Shown here piece by piece: positions 40,980 to 55,802 of a stretch of DNA of 64,000 nt. Within the stretch, counting starts at the first letter, position 1. Each line of letters begins with the position of its first letter. Position numbers and translations under genes: made by a program. The notes under the pieces are model-generated. The model ran no database searches. It was not told where the DNA came from and saw nothing but the letters and a program-made list of their open reading frames with translations. Source of the stretch: Eledone cirrhosa (Eukaryota); assembly GCA_964016885.1 (NCBI GenBank), contig OZ024747.1, forward strand, positions 2,356,001-2,420,000, read 5' to 3'.

Positions 40980-43347
40980 ATTCCAATGGAGCATCTCTCT
41001 AATTGTTTCATTGCTTTGTCATCTTTCTACATTTCAGTACCTTAAGTCCAGCTCTCATTCGCCTTATGCAGGCCTTTCTTGACTATAATTTTTCATGGAA
41101 CTTCTCACTTTTTCACTGATCATCCATAAACATTACATATCTGTGCCAATACAATCTTCTGCATGCCACTCATGGTTCTTCTTGTCAAGAATTTTTATCA
41201 ATTCATCTGTGCTTTTTTATTCATTTATTTATATTCATTTATTTTCATTCATTTATTTATATATGCAGGCATCATACAATCTATACTTCTTTGGGGAGAA
41301 GGGTATTCTCAAACAGGAGACTTTGCCCAAATGCTTACATCAGAGTAGACTCAGCTAAATTCACCCAACAACTATGTAGTGGTGTTAAACTGGGAGACAG
41401 ATTAAACCTACCATTCAAGTAGGCCACAACAGGATTTGAACCCAGAATGCAAAATGTCAGAACAAATACCCTATCTTGCCCAATACTCTAACAATTCTGC
41501 TGATTCATCACCCAGGAGTGATGGATAAGTGGCAAAGTTGACCTTAGAATGATTTGAACTCACTGTGCAGAGAACCAAAACAAATACCTCAAAGCATTTT
41601 GTGTGAGGCTCTAAAATTCTCTGCCAATTCACCATCACTCAGAGTACAGAGAACTGTAACAAACATTAAAAATGAAAACTGAGGTATATATTTTATAAGA
41701 TACCAATCCTTTTAAATCAAGTACTAATATCATCTACTTTTATAAGAAGATTTAAAATTTCTTTCTTAGTTACTAATAGTTATTATTTAACGCCAGTTTG
41801 ATAAAAAAAAATTGCATTCCAGCCTTGACTATCGCATTTTTTTTTTTTGCATATTTAGAAATACATTGTCTACTATGTTCTTGTTTTAGGAAGTTATGGT
41901 GTGATTTGAGGAAATTCGGTTGCTATTTATAGCAAGTCAAGCTACTATATAGCAAGTTTCCTCACTGGTTAGTTTCCTTGTTAGTGTTGAGGTCTGTTGA
42001 TCTGGACAGAGAAATAAAATTATCAACGTCACAATAATAAATCTTAGCTTTAAAAAAAATATTTCCTTTATGTCTATTGTTCCACAAAGTTAGTGATTTG
42101 TTTCATTTCTTTAGAGATACTATTTCAGACAGGATATTGTTCAAACTGTTTCTCAAACTATCACAACTATAGAGAAGTGAGCTAGCACTAAACTAGAACA
42201 ACAATGTTGGAATATTTCAATGATATTTCAGTGTTGGGCAATCATTCAACTCACTTTGAGACACAAAAGAAATTATAGCAAAATGAAAATTCTTAAAAAA
42301 AAATCAAAGAAAAAATGAAAAAAAGAAAGAAAAAAAAATCAATTTTAGGTTAAATAGAGATAAAATTTTGGTAAATGATAACCCAGACATATTTTATATC
42401 AGACATCTTGATATAACAGTCTACTAACAGTTATTGATTACCATTATATATTTAACCTTTACTGCTTGAGATTCTTTTTTCTCTTCCTACCTCCTTTCAT
42501 TTACTCTTTCAAAATAGAGATAAACCCTGCTTAAACCATTCTAAAACAACACCACGCTGGAGGGGTGTATACTATCTGTGTATATTTTATATATGTGTAT
42601 ATTTTATGTGTGTGTATTATATGTATATTATATGTATGTATTATATGTATGTATAATATATGTATGTATAATATATGTATGTATAATATACGTATGTATA
42701 ATATATGTATGTATATTAAACGTATGTATGTATATCATATGCGTGTATATTATATGTATGTAGGTTTTATGTATGTTTATTATATGTACATATATTATAT
42801 GTATGTATAATATATGTATATATTATATGTGTGTATATATATGTCTATGTCTATTATACTTTAGTAATAGATTGATATTTATGTTTTAATGATTTAGAAA
42901 TTTATCATCAAAAAAAAAAAAGAAAAAGAAGAAAAAGAAAAAGAAGAAAAAGAAAAAAGAAAAAAAAGCTTCCATCATCTTCTCATCTGCAGAAATCATT
43001 GAACTGTGTAATTCAGCTGTCTCTATCCTAATTTCTATATTGATATCCAATTATTTCTGTTACAATACAACGTGACAAGTGATCATTGATTGGGCTGAGC
43101 TAGAGATTTATGAAACACAATTTACTTTTCTCAGTTGAATAACATTTTCTAATTTGTTCTCACAACACTACCATCATCATCAGCACCATCATTAATACCA
43201 CCACCACCTCAACCACCACCACCAACACCACCACCACCAACACATTCCTAGTTAATATATTTTATTTATTTATTGATGTTTGTTTTGTTAGTGTTGTTTT
43301 TTTGTTTTTGACCAATCTCTTTTATTTTTTTATCCATGAGTCTTCAG

Positions 43348-43498
43348 GTGGCAACAGTAACATCTGGAATTGGTAAAGAGGAGAGACAGTGGGTTATAGC
43401 TCCAGAACATCTCAGTGAAATGCCAGCTATAGAACCCATTACTGATAATCAACACAGTTGGACTGAAGCCAGCACAGGGCTCTATGAAACTTTACCAG
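43348..43498 (+). CDS. Protocadherin cytoplasmic exon (VATVTSGIGKEERQWVIAPEHLSEMPAIEPITDNQHSWTEASTGLYETLP)
   Basis: Pyrimidine tract plus cag acceptor. 151 bp, open in phase 0 and so compatible with the 28351 donor. Ends CCAG|GTATAT (phase 1). Non-repetitive, protein-like sequence in a repeat background. Confidence 0.8.
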
Positions 43499-43635
43499 GT
43501 ATATATATAGATAGATATATATGTATGTATGTGTGTGTATGAATACATATGTAAATATATAACTAGACATTGACAGGTAGTTATTAAGTAACTGATATTT
43601 CTACTGAATGTTTTAATATATATCTTTTACTGCAG

Positions 43636-43670
43636 GAAATCAAAGTTGGAATATTTTTTTTAATATGTGA
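43636..43670 (+). CDS. Candidate terminal coding exon of the protocadherin (GNQSWNIFFNM*)
   Basis: Acceptor tcttttactgcag 137 bp after the 43498 donor; phase-1 reading reaches TGA. A competing acceptor (tttacag) lies at ~43728. Confidence 0.4.
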
Positions 43671-44789
43671 TAAACTGTTTTGGTGCTTACAGCAAGAAGA
43701 AATATCATATTTTGCTTAATATTTACAGATATAGACAACAACATATATATCATTGACACTGTATACAAGAAAACATAAACATGATTATATCTAAACACAT
43801 TAAAACAATTACTGTGTATTTAAATTTTTTTTCTATTATAAAAATAAGGCATGAAACGCCACATGCAGCCTATCTACTGAAGCTGGCTCTGGGGTAAATA
43901 TTTGATAATGAAATCAAAATGTCATAAACATAGGAGGAGTGAGGATGTAATTACCACTGCAATCTATATATGAGTATATATGGCACCTAAAAGCACAACA
44001 TCTTTACTAACATAAACAAACTATTATGGGCCATTAAGGGTGAGGGGACTCTACATTGCTGTCAACAGCATCACTCTTTCATGATGCTGCCAAATTCCCT
44101 TCACAGCTGGAGCCCTTTACCCTTAACTGATATCACACTAGATGCCTCGACAGGATAGACCTTTTCTTATTTGAGAACAGTATGTTAATCTAATAAGCCC
44201 AGATGTTACCAGTTGCAATGTAAGGGGGCAGAAGATGATCAAATACCAGGTATTAATGGACAGATTTCATTTTGTGATATCATTATGACAGCTAGTGTTC
44301 TCATTTCTCAAACTGTCCTACCAGCCCATGTTTCTCTGTCCACCAGGCTGAAGAGGGCAAACCGTCCAAGTATCGGCTGCTCTGATAGGTTTGTGGATAA
44401 GCTTGTGGCAGAGGAAATTTCTGGTATTCTTGGCCCCCAGACCCCATCCCTGTTAAATGCTATCTGACCAGATCTGGCTACCTTTAAGTGTGAGACCTGT
44501 GTGGGAGAGTGACTGTTCCAGTGTACCTCCCTCGCTGTCCTTCATGGCAATATCTTCTCCATCCTGTCAGCCAGGACCACGAGGTGGACTGTCTCTTAAG
44601 ATATGCTCTTTCTGTATATTATGATAGGTAAACCCCCATTATTAGACTGGTACTTTATATTAAATTGAATACAGAATATTTGCCTGTGATAAATATATAA
44701 TTCAGAACAAAGTCATTGCGCCCAAGGAAGGAGTCCTGTTTGTTGGAATGTCTGATGTAGCGGATATTGCTGACTCTTCTTCATGACAC

Positions 44790-45176
44790 CCACCATCTTT
44801 TTCATGGGGCACAGCTGAGATATGCTGTCTAACTGTGGGTGTATCATGGCACCACTTTGAGCATCTTATCCATTGGGCATAGCTGGGTTATGCTGTCTAA
44901 CCAAGGGTTTAGAATTGCACCAGTTTCACCATAGGGTACAACTCTGTGATGCTGTCTAATTGAGACTGTAGAATGACATTACTTTCACCATCATGTCCAT
45001 GGGGCATAGCTGTTTTATGCTGTCTAATCAGGGTGTAGAATGGCATCACATTCACTATCTTATTCATGGGGAACAGTTGAGTTATGCTTTTTACTCAATG
45101 GTGAAGAATGACACCACTTTCACCCTGTTGTCCATGGGGCACAGCTGAGATATGTTCTCCAATAGAAGGTGTAGAG
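44790..45176. repeat. Degenerate ~65-bp tandem repeat, ~6 units
   Basis: Recurring CATGGGGCACAGCTGAGATATGCTGTCTAA...GTAGAATGGCACCACTTTCACC; a monomer occurs at ~60131-60184. Confidence 0.8.
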
Positions 45177-46904
45177 ATTGTAATGAATTTTATTTATTCT
45201 ATAAGAATGACAAATGAATTGTAACAGGATTTGATCTCAAAACAACTAACTATGGCTATATCTCACAACTGAGTATGGTTAAGGATTTTGGGCTGCTTGT
45301 GCAGTCTTGAGCCAACACAGATGCAACAGAACATCAAAGATGTGACAACTGTAAGGAAAGATAACTGCACCAATGATGAGCTGGTAGATTTTCTTTGACT
45401 GAAAAAGATGACAGACAAAATAGACTTCAGCAGAGTTTGAACTCGAAGTGCAGAGAGCTGGAAAAAATAGCCAAAACTCTGGCAAATTAATTGACAATCA
45501 CATCTGATGTTCTATATTTTGTCTTTTAGAAAGAAATTCATTTATTTAAAAAATATATTTTGGTGAAAGAGATAATATATTCAGCAAAGGCACCAATTAT
45601 TACAAAAATTTGAATGATAGAGAAAATGTTAACTAAAATATCAAAGTTAAAAATAATTCTTGAAGATGCTAATTAACAAGAATGAATTTTGTTTACTTAA
45701 TTGAGTTAACTGTGACTCCAAAAATTGGAGAACATTTCTGGAACAAGATCTAAAGATTAAATGCTGATAAGATGAATAACTTTTCATCAGAGAATATGTG
45801 TGCATATGTCTGTGTATATGTGGTATGTGTGTCTCTGTTTATGTATGTGTGCGCGTATATGAGGTATGTGTGTGTGTTTATGTATATGAGTGTGTACATA
45901 TGTGTGTATAAGGCATGTGTGTGTCAATTTATGTATATGTGTGTATATGTGTGTGTGTATATATATATATATATGTACGTATGTGTATGTATGTGAACAT
46001 ATGTGCATACATGTATATGTTTATGTATGTATACATATGTGCCTTTGTGTGTGTGATACTGCTTAAATGAGTGTGTGTCTTTAAGTCTCTATAAGTATGA
46101 CCATAATGTGTGTGTATGGTTTAATGAATATGGCAGCCGAGTGTGAACGTTAGAATGATTTGCATATGACTATATTCTGTGTCGTCTTGAAGACAGAAAC
46201 ATGACTAGAAATATGTACATATATGTGTATATGTGTGTGTGTATATGTATGTAGAAGGGTGTGTGTATATGTATGTGAGAAGACAGAAATATGACTATAA
46301 ATATGTATATATATATACATATATGTGTGTGTGTAGAAGGGTGTGTGTATGTGTGTAGAAGAGTGTGTGTATGTGAGAAAACACAGAAATATGACCATAA
46401 ATATATACATATATATATATGTGTGTAGAAGGGTGTATGTATATGTATGTGAGAAGACATAGAAATATGACTACAAATATATACATATACAGTATATGTG
46501 TGTAGAAGAGTGTGTGTATATGTATGTGAGAGAAAACAGAAATATGATTGCAAATATAAATTTATGTATGAGTATGTGTATACATGAGTGTGTATATGTT
46601 TGTGAGACAATGTAGGAATATGATTGCAAATATGAATATATACATGTGTATGTGTGTACAGAAAACTCTGAAGATATGTGTGTGTAGATATAGAAATATG
46701 AGTGTGAATATGAATGCAGATGTATGGATGCATGTGTGTGTGTGAGTGTATGGATATGTGTATATGTGTGTGAGTATGTATATGTGTGTATGTGTGTGAA
46801 TGTGTGTACAAGACTGTAGCTGTATATTTTATACATATTTTAGGAAGGAATTTTGAATGAATAAGTGACTATGTGACAATGCATGAGATTTGATGTGTGC
46901 ATAT

Positions 46905-47362
46905 GTGTGTGTGTATGTATCAATGTATGAATAGGTGTGTGTGTGTATGTATCAATGTATGAATATGTGTGTGTGTATGTATCAATGTATGAATAGGTGT
47001 GTGTGTGTGTATGTATCAATGTATGAATATGTGCGTGTGTATGTATCAATGTATGAATATGTGTGTGTATGTATCAATGTATGAATATGTGTGTGTGTAT
47101 GTATCAATGTAAGAATATATGTGTGTGTATGTATCATTGTATTAATATGAGTGTGTGTATGTATCAATGTATGAATATGTGTGTGTGTATGTATCAATGT
47201 AAGGATATATGTGTGTGTATGTATCATTGTATTAATATGAGTGTGTGTATGTATCAATGTATGAATATGTGTGTGTGTATGTATCAATGTAAGAATATAT
47301 GTGTGTGTATGTATCATTGTATTAATATGTGTGTGTGTATATATCAATGTATGAATATGTGT
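46905..47362. repeat. ~30-bp microsatellite-derived repeat with a 90-bp higher-order period
   Basis: GTGTGTATGTATCAATGTATGAATAT variants; a trimer recurs at 47081, 47171 and 47261. Confidence 0.85.
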
Positions 47363-48577
47363 GCACATGGATACACACACATACACACATATATAATATA
47401 TATATATATATATATATACATATATACACACATATTTATAATAATCATCATCATTGTCGTCAGCATTTCATGCATCATTTATCTGCATGTGTATGTTTCT
47501 GACTAATTTTCTGTGATATCTTGTTATCCCAATGATTAAATTATAACTAAACCATCTTCATCTCTGAAGCCATTTTGTCATAAAAATGTAACAATTTGCA
47601 ACACTATCTTGTTAATTAGCTTCAGTTGGAGAACATAACACGTATCGCATGCCATCTCATAATGGCTTTATTTTCATCAAGGTCATGTTAGATGTGAGAA
47701 AACCCTGATGGGTTCAATGGTAGAGCTATGGCATTACCTTATTCACCGTTACCTTCCTCATAGCCGTCATCATAAACTTCCTTATATTCCTTACTGCGCT
47801 TCATTTCTGCTGTATGATTAATCCATGCATCCATACACACACACATACATATACATACACACACACATACATATACACACACTCACATACATATACACAC
47901 ACACTCATACGTATACACACACACTCAAATATATAGACACACAATCACATATACACAGACACTCACATACAGAAACTCATACATATACACACACACTCAC
48001 ATATACACAGACACACACACTCACATATACACAGACACTCACATACAGAAACTCATACATATACACACACACTCACATATACACAGACACACACACTCAT
48101 GCATATACACACACACTCATACATATACACACACACTCATACATATATACACACACTCATACACATACACACACACTCATATATATATACACAGACACAC
48201 ACTCACATACACACACTCATACATATACACAGACACTTATACATATACACACACTCACATATACACAGACACACACACACATATACACACCCACACCATC
48301 ACACACACACACACCACACATACACATACACACATGTTCACTTGTATGCACATCCACACACACACACAAACACACATGCACATATGTTCACTTGCATGCA
48401 CATCAACACACAGAGTCACACATACACACACACACCCAGACCTACACACACACACACAGACAGACCACACACACACACAAACATTTACACACACATGCAT
48501 ACACACCCTCATATATATACACCCATTATATATACATATACATATATAAATATATAACTATATATAAATTATATACG

Positions 48578-48638
<61 letters not shown>

Positions 48639-48671
48639 CATACATATCATATGTATTATATATATAAATAA

Positions 48672-49008
48672 GGAGGCACATGGCTTAGTGGTTAGAGCAT
48701 TGGCCTTGCATTGGTTGTGAGTTCAATTCTCAGACCGGGTGATGTGTTGTTTCCTTGAGCAAGACACTTTATTTCACATTGCTCTAGTTTACTCAGCTGT
48801 AGAAATGAGATGATAGGGACTGGGGTCCATATCATTCCACTGCAAAGTGCTCGTGGAGGTGCCACAGCAAAAAAGCACCCAGCCCTCACTGTAAATGAGG
48901 TTGGTGTTAGGAAGGGCATCCAGCTGTAGAAATCAAGCCAGAATCAGTTCCCGTCCTACCCTTGCTAGCAGGGAAAAGCGGACGCAAAATGATGATGATG
49001 ATGATGAT
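48672..49008 (+). mobile_element. Full-length tRNA-derived SINE (same family)
   Basis: Aligns with 30836-31172 with a small deletion in the tRNA head; inserted in a TA-rich tract. Confidence 0.9.
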
Positions 49009-49157
49009 ATATATATATATATGAATATACATATACATATATATACCTGCAGGTCCAGAATCAGACAGATCCACACAATGATCGCGTCTTGAGCTGTCCG
49101 CCGGCGAAACAATTGTAACACATAATAAATTGAGTTAAGACTGATTTTTCGTTTTCT

Positions 49158-49194
<37 letters not shown>

Positions 49195-49969
49195 ATATTT
49201 AATAAAACCATATTTATAAAACCATATTTATATAACCATATTTATAAAACCATAGTATTTATTCTATTATATATATTTCAAGGGTACCAAAACTTTGGTA
49301 TGCTTTCATCAGATAAAATACAAAGTGTGTTTTATAAATATTGACATAACCAAGAAAAGATACCTTAACGGTTCAAGTTTTTCTTGGATAGTGAAGGAAA
49401 AGAGAAGAAAAGTCAGATATTTCAAATTATTAAGATGAGTATGCAAATGAGGTTGAGGTATAGGGCTGAAAAAACGTTATTTTAGACGCTATGCAGAATT
49501 TAAATAATTAGGATATATGTATGTATGAGCAGGAAGAAGAAAAAAAGAAAGAAGGGCTTGTATTTACGTTAATTTAAAAGGAATTAACAATTTGGGGGAA
49601 TGGTGGAATATGATTCCAGAATTTAAATTTATTTAGCTATATTATGAGTTATAATATTGTATATATAATCAATTAGATTATATGAAGAATTATGGTTGTA
49701 AGTAGATTTTATCTTATTACATTACAACAGGTTGTAACTATATACATATCTATATAGATTAATAACTGTGCATCCACTCCCCCTCCCATATAATTAGAAT
49801 ACCCTTCAGTAATATTGTAATTATTGAAATGCTGTTTCCATGAAAGTTTGACATGTCGAAGGTGAGGAACTGAAATTTGGTAAATTTGTACTGACATTAG
49901 AGATGACTGTTTCCTGTGCCAATGACTGTCGGTATAACACTGGTATATCATACTCATGAACAACAGCTT

Positions 49970-50055
49970 CTACTACTACAGTAACAACAACAACAACAAA
50001 TACTACCACTACTACTACTACTACTACAGTAATAACAACAACAACAAATACCACT

Positions 50056-50090
<35 letters not shown>

Positions 50091-50890
50091 AGTAACAACA
50101 ACACCAAATACGACTACTACTACCACTACTACAATTACCATCACTGCTACAAAACCACTACCACCACTACAAAACTACAACCTCAACAACTACCACCATA
50201 ACCACCGCCACTTCAACAACCACCACCACTTCAACACCATCACCTCAACCACCACACCACCACCACCACCTAAACCACCACCTCAACAACTACCACCATC
50301 ACCACCACCACCACCTCAACAACCACCACCACACCACCACACCACACCACACCACCATCACCACCACCACCTCAACAACCACCACACCACCACCACACCA
50401 CCGCACCACACCATCACCTAAACCACCACCTCAACAACTACCACCACACCACCATACCACCACCACACCACCACCACCACACCACCATCACCACCACCAC
50501 CTCAACAACCACTACACAACCACCACACCACCACACCACCGCACCACACCACCATCACCACCACCACCTCAACAACCACCACACAACCACCACACCACCA
50601 CCACCGCACCACACCACCACCACCACCTAAACCACCACCTCAACAAATACCACCATCACCACCACCACCTCAACAACCACCACCACACCACCACCACACC
50701 ACCACCACCACCACACCACACCACCATCACCATCTCAACAACCACCACACCACCACACCACCACCACCACCTCAACAACCACCACACCACACCACCACAC
50801 CACACCACACCACACCACCACCACCACCTAAACCACCACCTCAACAACTGCCACCACCACCGCACCACACCACCACCACACCACCACCAC
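49970..50890. repeat. (CTA)/(CAA)/(CAC) trinucleotide-type low-complexity tract
   Basis: Directly visible; a similar tract lies at 52415-52990. Confidence 0.95.
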
Positions 50891-52224
50891 AGTGTAATGT
50901 AATATGTAAAAGAGGATATACTGTAGAAATGTGAAGCTGTAGTTATGTGAAGGGTTCAATATTGAAACCGAAGCCTCTCTAATAAGGAATCTAATCAATC
51001 TCTTCTAATTTTTGCAACTTCACAGCTAAATCACCTTAACTTACAACTTGCCTGCCAATGAAGGAGCCTTGATATAGTCACTTGATATGCTAGAGATAGC
51101 AGTCAAATCTAACTCAATTCACATAATAAAATCTTTAAAATATGCCTTGGTTAAGTTGAATCTAGCCCTGCTGTGTTTTAAAAAAAAAAAAAAAATGGGT
51201 GAATGATCACAGCTGGAATATATTTTGATAATAGTTCTATCTGTGCAATGAGAGATGGCTGACCTGGGGCTACATAACTCCCTAAACTTGTTTGCCTCTC
51301 TCTCTCTCTCTCTCACTCTCTCTCTGTCTCTCTATCTATCTATCTTTTCTCATATATATATGTGTATGTGTGTGTGTGTGTGTAGTAAAGAGAGCCAGCA
51401 AAGAAGAAATAAATGTTCTACATTTTAAAAACAGAGCTAATTAATTATTGTGATTCATACATTCCAAAATTATAATGCTACCTTAGGTTTCATAGCGTGG
51501 CTTAGATTGCAGAATCTCTAAATATATTCTTTTAATCTGCTTTAGTTATTTATTCCATAACTAATTTCAGACAATTTAGTACTGAGGCACCATATTCAAG
51601 GGAGTTATTCAATGAAATCAACCCCAGTTCTTTAGTCATGACCTATTTTATCAAAATTTTATCTAGGAACAAATGGAAACAAAACCAGGTGGAACAATAC
51701 TGCCACAAACACAAACCAAAACATACAGATACAAAGACATACATACACACATATTCACACACATACAATGCATACACACATACAAACACATACATACAAA
51801 CACATACAGATACATACACACATACATACACATACATATACATACACATATACACACAGATACAACACATACACACATACACACACATACATACACAGAC
51901 ACAAAAACACATACTTACAAACACACAGATACATACATATACATACACACATACATACAAACACATTCAAACACACACACAGATACAAAGACACATACAT
52001 ACAAACACATACGCATACATACATATACACACCCATACAAACAGGTAGAGATTAAGGTGTTAACGACTAAAGTTTGTATTAAGCTGAGATTGAAACAGTT
52101 TTTAATGCTGTGAAGTTGAAGATGATACATTGCTATGGCAACAAAGAGTGCCATTTTCCTTATTCTCTTTCCACAAGAATCTCACCTAAAAATAACAACA
52201 ACAACAGCAACAACAGCAACGTCT

Positions 52225-52410
52225 AGGTGGTCTTTTCACCTGCTAGAAATAGCAGTCAACTACCTCAAAGTATACCTTGTCCATCTCTGAAATAGCTATA
52301 TTGGATATTGTTCTGAGCTCCCTGCAGATAAAATGGGATGGTCATGCCTGGAATGTCTGTAATCCCAGTTTTGCTTCATTAAAGCTGACCTAGGGCTAAA
52401 CAACAGCAAC
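52225..52410 (+). mobile_element. Third dispersed repeat family ending in (CAA)n
   Basis: cctgctagaaatagcag...atgggatggtcatg.ctggaa...gctgacct.gggctaaacaacag; related pieces at 10480-10625, ~14000(-), ~41890(-) and 51075. Confidence 0.65.
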
Positions 52411-53499
52411 AATAAAAACAGTAACATGCACATCACTACCAACAACAAAGATGACAACTGCTACCACCACTACCACCACTGTCACCACTACCACTATCAA
52501 CACCATCATCACCACTACCAATACCACCACTATGACCACCAATATAATCATCACCACCACTACCACCAACACCATAACCACCACCAATACCACCACCACC
52601 AATACCACCACTACCACCACCAATATAATCATCACCACCACTACCACCAACACCACCACCACCAATATAATCATCACCACCACCACCACCACCAACACCA
52701 TAACCACCACCAATACCACCACTGCCAACATCACCATTATCACTACCAATACCACTACCAACTCCACCACACCACCACCACCAATACCACCACCACCACC
52801 AATACTACCACGACCAACACCACCACCACCACTACCAACACCACCACCACTACCAACACCAATACCACTGCCAACAACAACAACAACACCACCACCACCA
52901 CCACCACCACCACCAATACCACTGCCACCACCACCAATACCACTGCCACCACCAATACCACCACCACCACTACCAACATCACCACCATTAAAACAAACAC
53001 CTACAATTATCTCAATTTACTATATAGGAAAAGAACACCTTTGTTGATTACACACCTTGCTATTTGTGAAATCTTCTTACCTGACTTAGTGTAAATCTTC
53101 CATTTACCTGTAGTGTTTATTTTAAAGTTTCTTTAATTACATTTAAATTTGTTTTTCTGAAAATCTTAATCAAAAAGAAGAATTTTGGGAATTCTTTTGG
53201 GGAATTTTGGAAAATGATATAAGGAAATGGAAAGGGAAAGAAAGCCTTGATTGACGGTGAAAACTGAACCATCTTGGAAGAGATGTTCCTTAATAACTGT
53301 GATGAGTAACTTTCATGAACTCACCAAGAAAATTCAATAATTCTTGTAAAGTTTATAAACTGTGTGGGAAAGAGTTTTAACATTCTGAATAGAGGAATAA
53401 CTAAACAACAACAACTAAAAGATAATATAAAATCTTCTTTAAATTACATTATGTGTTACAAGAAACAGATTTATTTCGAGCTGTTGTCATTAGCGATGC

Positions 53500-53800
53500 T
53501 AAAATAAAATAAAATAAAATAAAATAAAATAAAATAAAATAAAATAAAATAAAATAAAATAAAATAAAATAAAATAAAATAAAATAAAATAAAAATAAAA
53601 TAAAATAAAAAATAAAATAAAAAATAAAATAAAATAAAAAATAAAAAATAAAATAAAATAAAATAAAAAATAAAATAAAATAAAATAAAATAAAATAAAA
53701 AATATAAAATAAAATAAAATAAAATAAAATAAAATAAAATAAAATAAAATAAAATAAAATAAAATAAAATAAAATAAAATAAAAAAAAATTAAAAAAAAA
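53500..53800. repeat. (AAAAT)n
   Basis: Directly visible. Confidence 0.98.
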
Positions 53801-54113
53801 AATTGAGAAATTCTTCACACAGAAAATGTATTGAAATTATGTTGAAGAAATTGCTTCATTCTGAGAAGAGGAAGTAGAGAGATAGATAGATGTGTGTATG
53901 TGTGTGTGTGTGTAGGTGTGTGTATGTGTGTGTGTGTAGGTGTGTGTATGTGTGTGTGTGTATGTATGTGTGTAGATGTGTGCATGTGTATGTGTGTATG
54001 TGTATGTATGTGTGTGTAGAGAGAGAGAATGGTTGTATATAGATAGTGAGGAGAGTGATAGATAGGTGTTTGTGTGTGTGGAGGGAGAGGTCCTAGGTGT
54101 TTGCACACACAAA

Positions 54114-54146
<33 letters not shown>

Positions 54147-54620
54147 ATGTATGTGTGGATGGGGGGGGTTGTATATATATTGACAAGAGGAGAAGTTAGA
54201 GAGGTATATATGTTTGTGGAGGGATCCTGTGTGTGTGTAAAGATAAGTGAACAAAGAAAATCTGAATTTAATATGTTGGTGCCAAAGTCTAGTTTTAGCC
54301 TTCTTCTGTGATAGTCCAAGACTTGGGAGGTGTTATTAATTTATAGCTGATGGCTCAATGGACGAGATAACTGATATTACAAATGCATAACATTCACAGC
54401 TTTTAGCTAAATTGCATTCAGATTATGTTTGTATATATCTCAATAATAATTCTATTTGTTGTTGTCTAGCCCACAGGTGAATACTACTGTTCAAGTAGAC
54501 CTATAATAAATGGTGTTTCATTTAATGTTAGCCAATTGGCACAGTTTTTAAAACATTAGAATATGTTTCAGCTCTCTATACACTCAGTTCAAATATCGCT
54601 GAGGTCAACTAATTCACTTT

Positions 54621-55802
54621 TTCTATTTTATTCCTGTCCAGTTACTATGAAGAGTTAGTACCTTCTACAACTCTCTCATTCTATTTTGTTCCTGTCTAGT
54701 TACTATGAAGAGTTAGTACCTTCTACAACTCTCTCATTCTATTTTGTTCCTGTCCAGTTACTATGAAGAGTTAGTACCTTCTACAACTCTCTCATTCTAT
54801 TTTGTTAGTGACCAGTTACTATGAAGAGTTAGTACCTTCTACAACTCTCTCATTCTATTTTGTTCCTGTCCAGTTACTATGAAGAGTTAGTACCTTCTAC
54901 AACTCTCTCATTCTATTTTGTTCCTGTCCAGTTACTATGAAGAGTTAGTACCTTCTACAACTCTCTCATTCTATTTTGTTAGTGACCAGTTACTATGAAG
55001 AGTTAGTACCTTCTACAACTCTCTCATTCTATTTTGTTCCTGTCCAGTTACTATGAAGAGTTAGTACCTTCTACAACTCTCTCATTCTATTTTGTTCCTG
55101 TCTAGTTACTATGAAGAGTTAGTACCTTCTACAACTCTCTCATTCTATTTTGTTAATGACCAGTTACTATGAAGAGTTAGTACCTTCTACAACTTTCTCA
55201 TTCTATTTTGTTAGTGACCAGTTACTATGAAGAGTTAGTACCTTCTACAACTCTCTCATTCTATTTTGTTAGTGACCAGTTACTATGAAGAGTTAGTACC
55301 TTCTACAACTCTCTCATTCTATTTTGTTAATGACCAGTTACTATGAAGAGTTAGTACCTTCTACAACTCTCTCATTCTATTTTGTTCCTGTCCAGTTACT
55401 ATGAAGAGTTAGTACCTTCTACAACTCTCTCATTCTATTTTGTTCCTGTCCAGTTACTATAAAGAGTTAGTACCTTCTACAACTCTCTCATTCTATTTTG
55501 TTCCTGTCCAGTTACTATAAAGAGTTAGTACCTTCTACAACTCTCTCATTCTATTTTGTTCCTGTCCAGTTACTATAAAGAGTTAGTACCTTCTACAACT
55601 CTCTCATTCTATTTTGTTAGTGACCAGTTACTATGTGGAGTTAGTACCTTCTACAACTCTCTCATTCTATTTTGTTAGTGACCAGTTACTATGTGGAGTT
55701 AGTACCATCTACAACTCACACTTTCTATTTTGTTAGTGACCAGTTACTATGTGGAGTTAGTACCTTCTACAAGTCACACTTTCTATTTTGTTAGTGTCCA
55801 GT
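54621..55802. repeat. 58-bp minisatellite, ~20 units
   Basis: Unit TTCTATTTTGTT[CCTGTCC/AGTGACC]AGTTACTATGAAGAGTTAGTACCTTCTACAACTCTCTCA. Confidence 0.97.

Noticed and set aside
41038-41082. Phase-0 acceptor giving YLKSSSHSPYAGLS*
   Set aside because: Good acceptor but short, with no similarity to the tail exons; unsupported without RNA data.
54621-55802. CRISPR-like array with a variable slot
   Set aside because: The slot is only 7 nt with two recurring states; it is a minisatellite.
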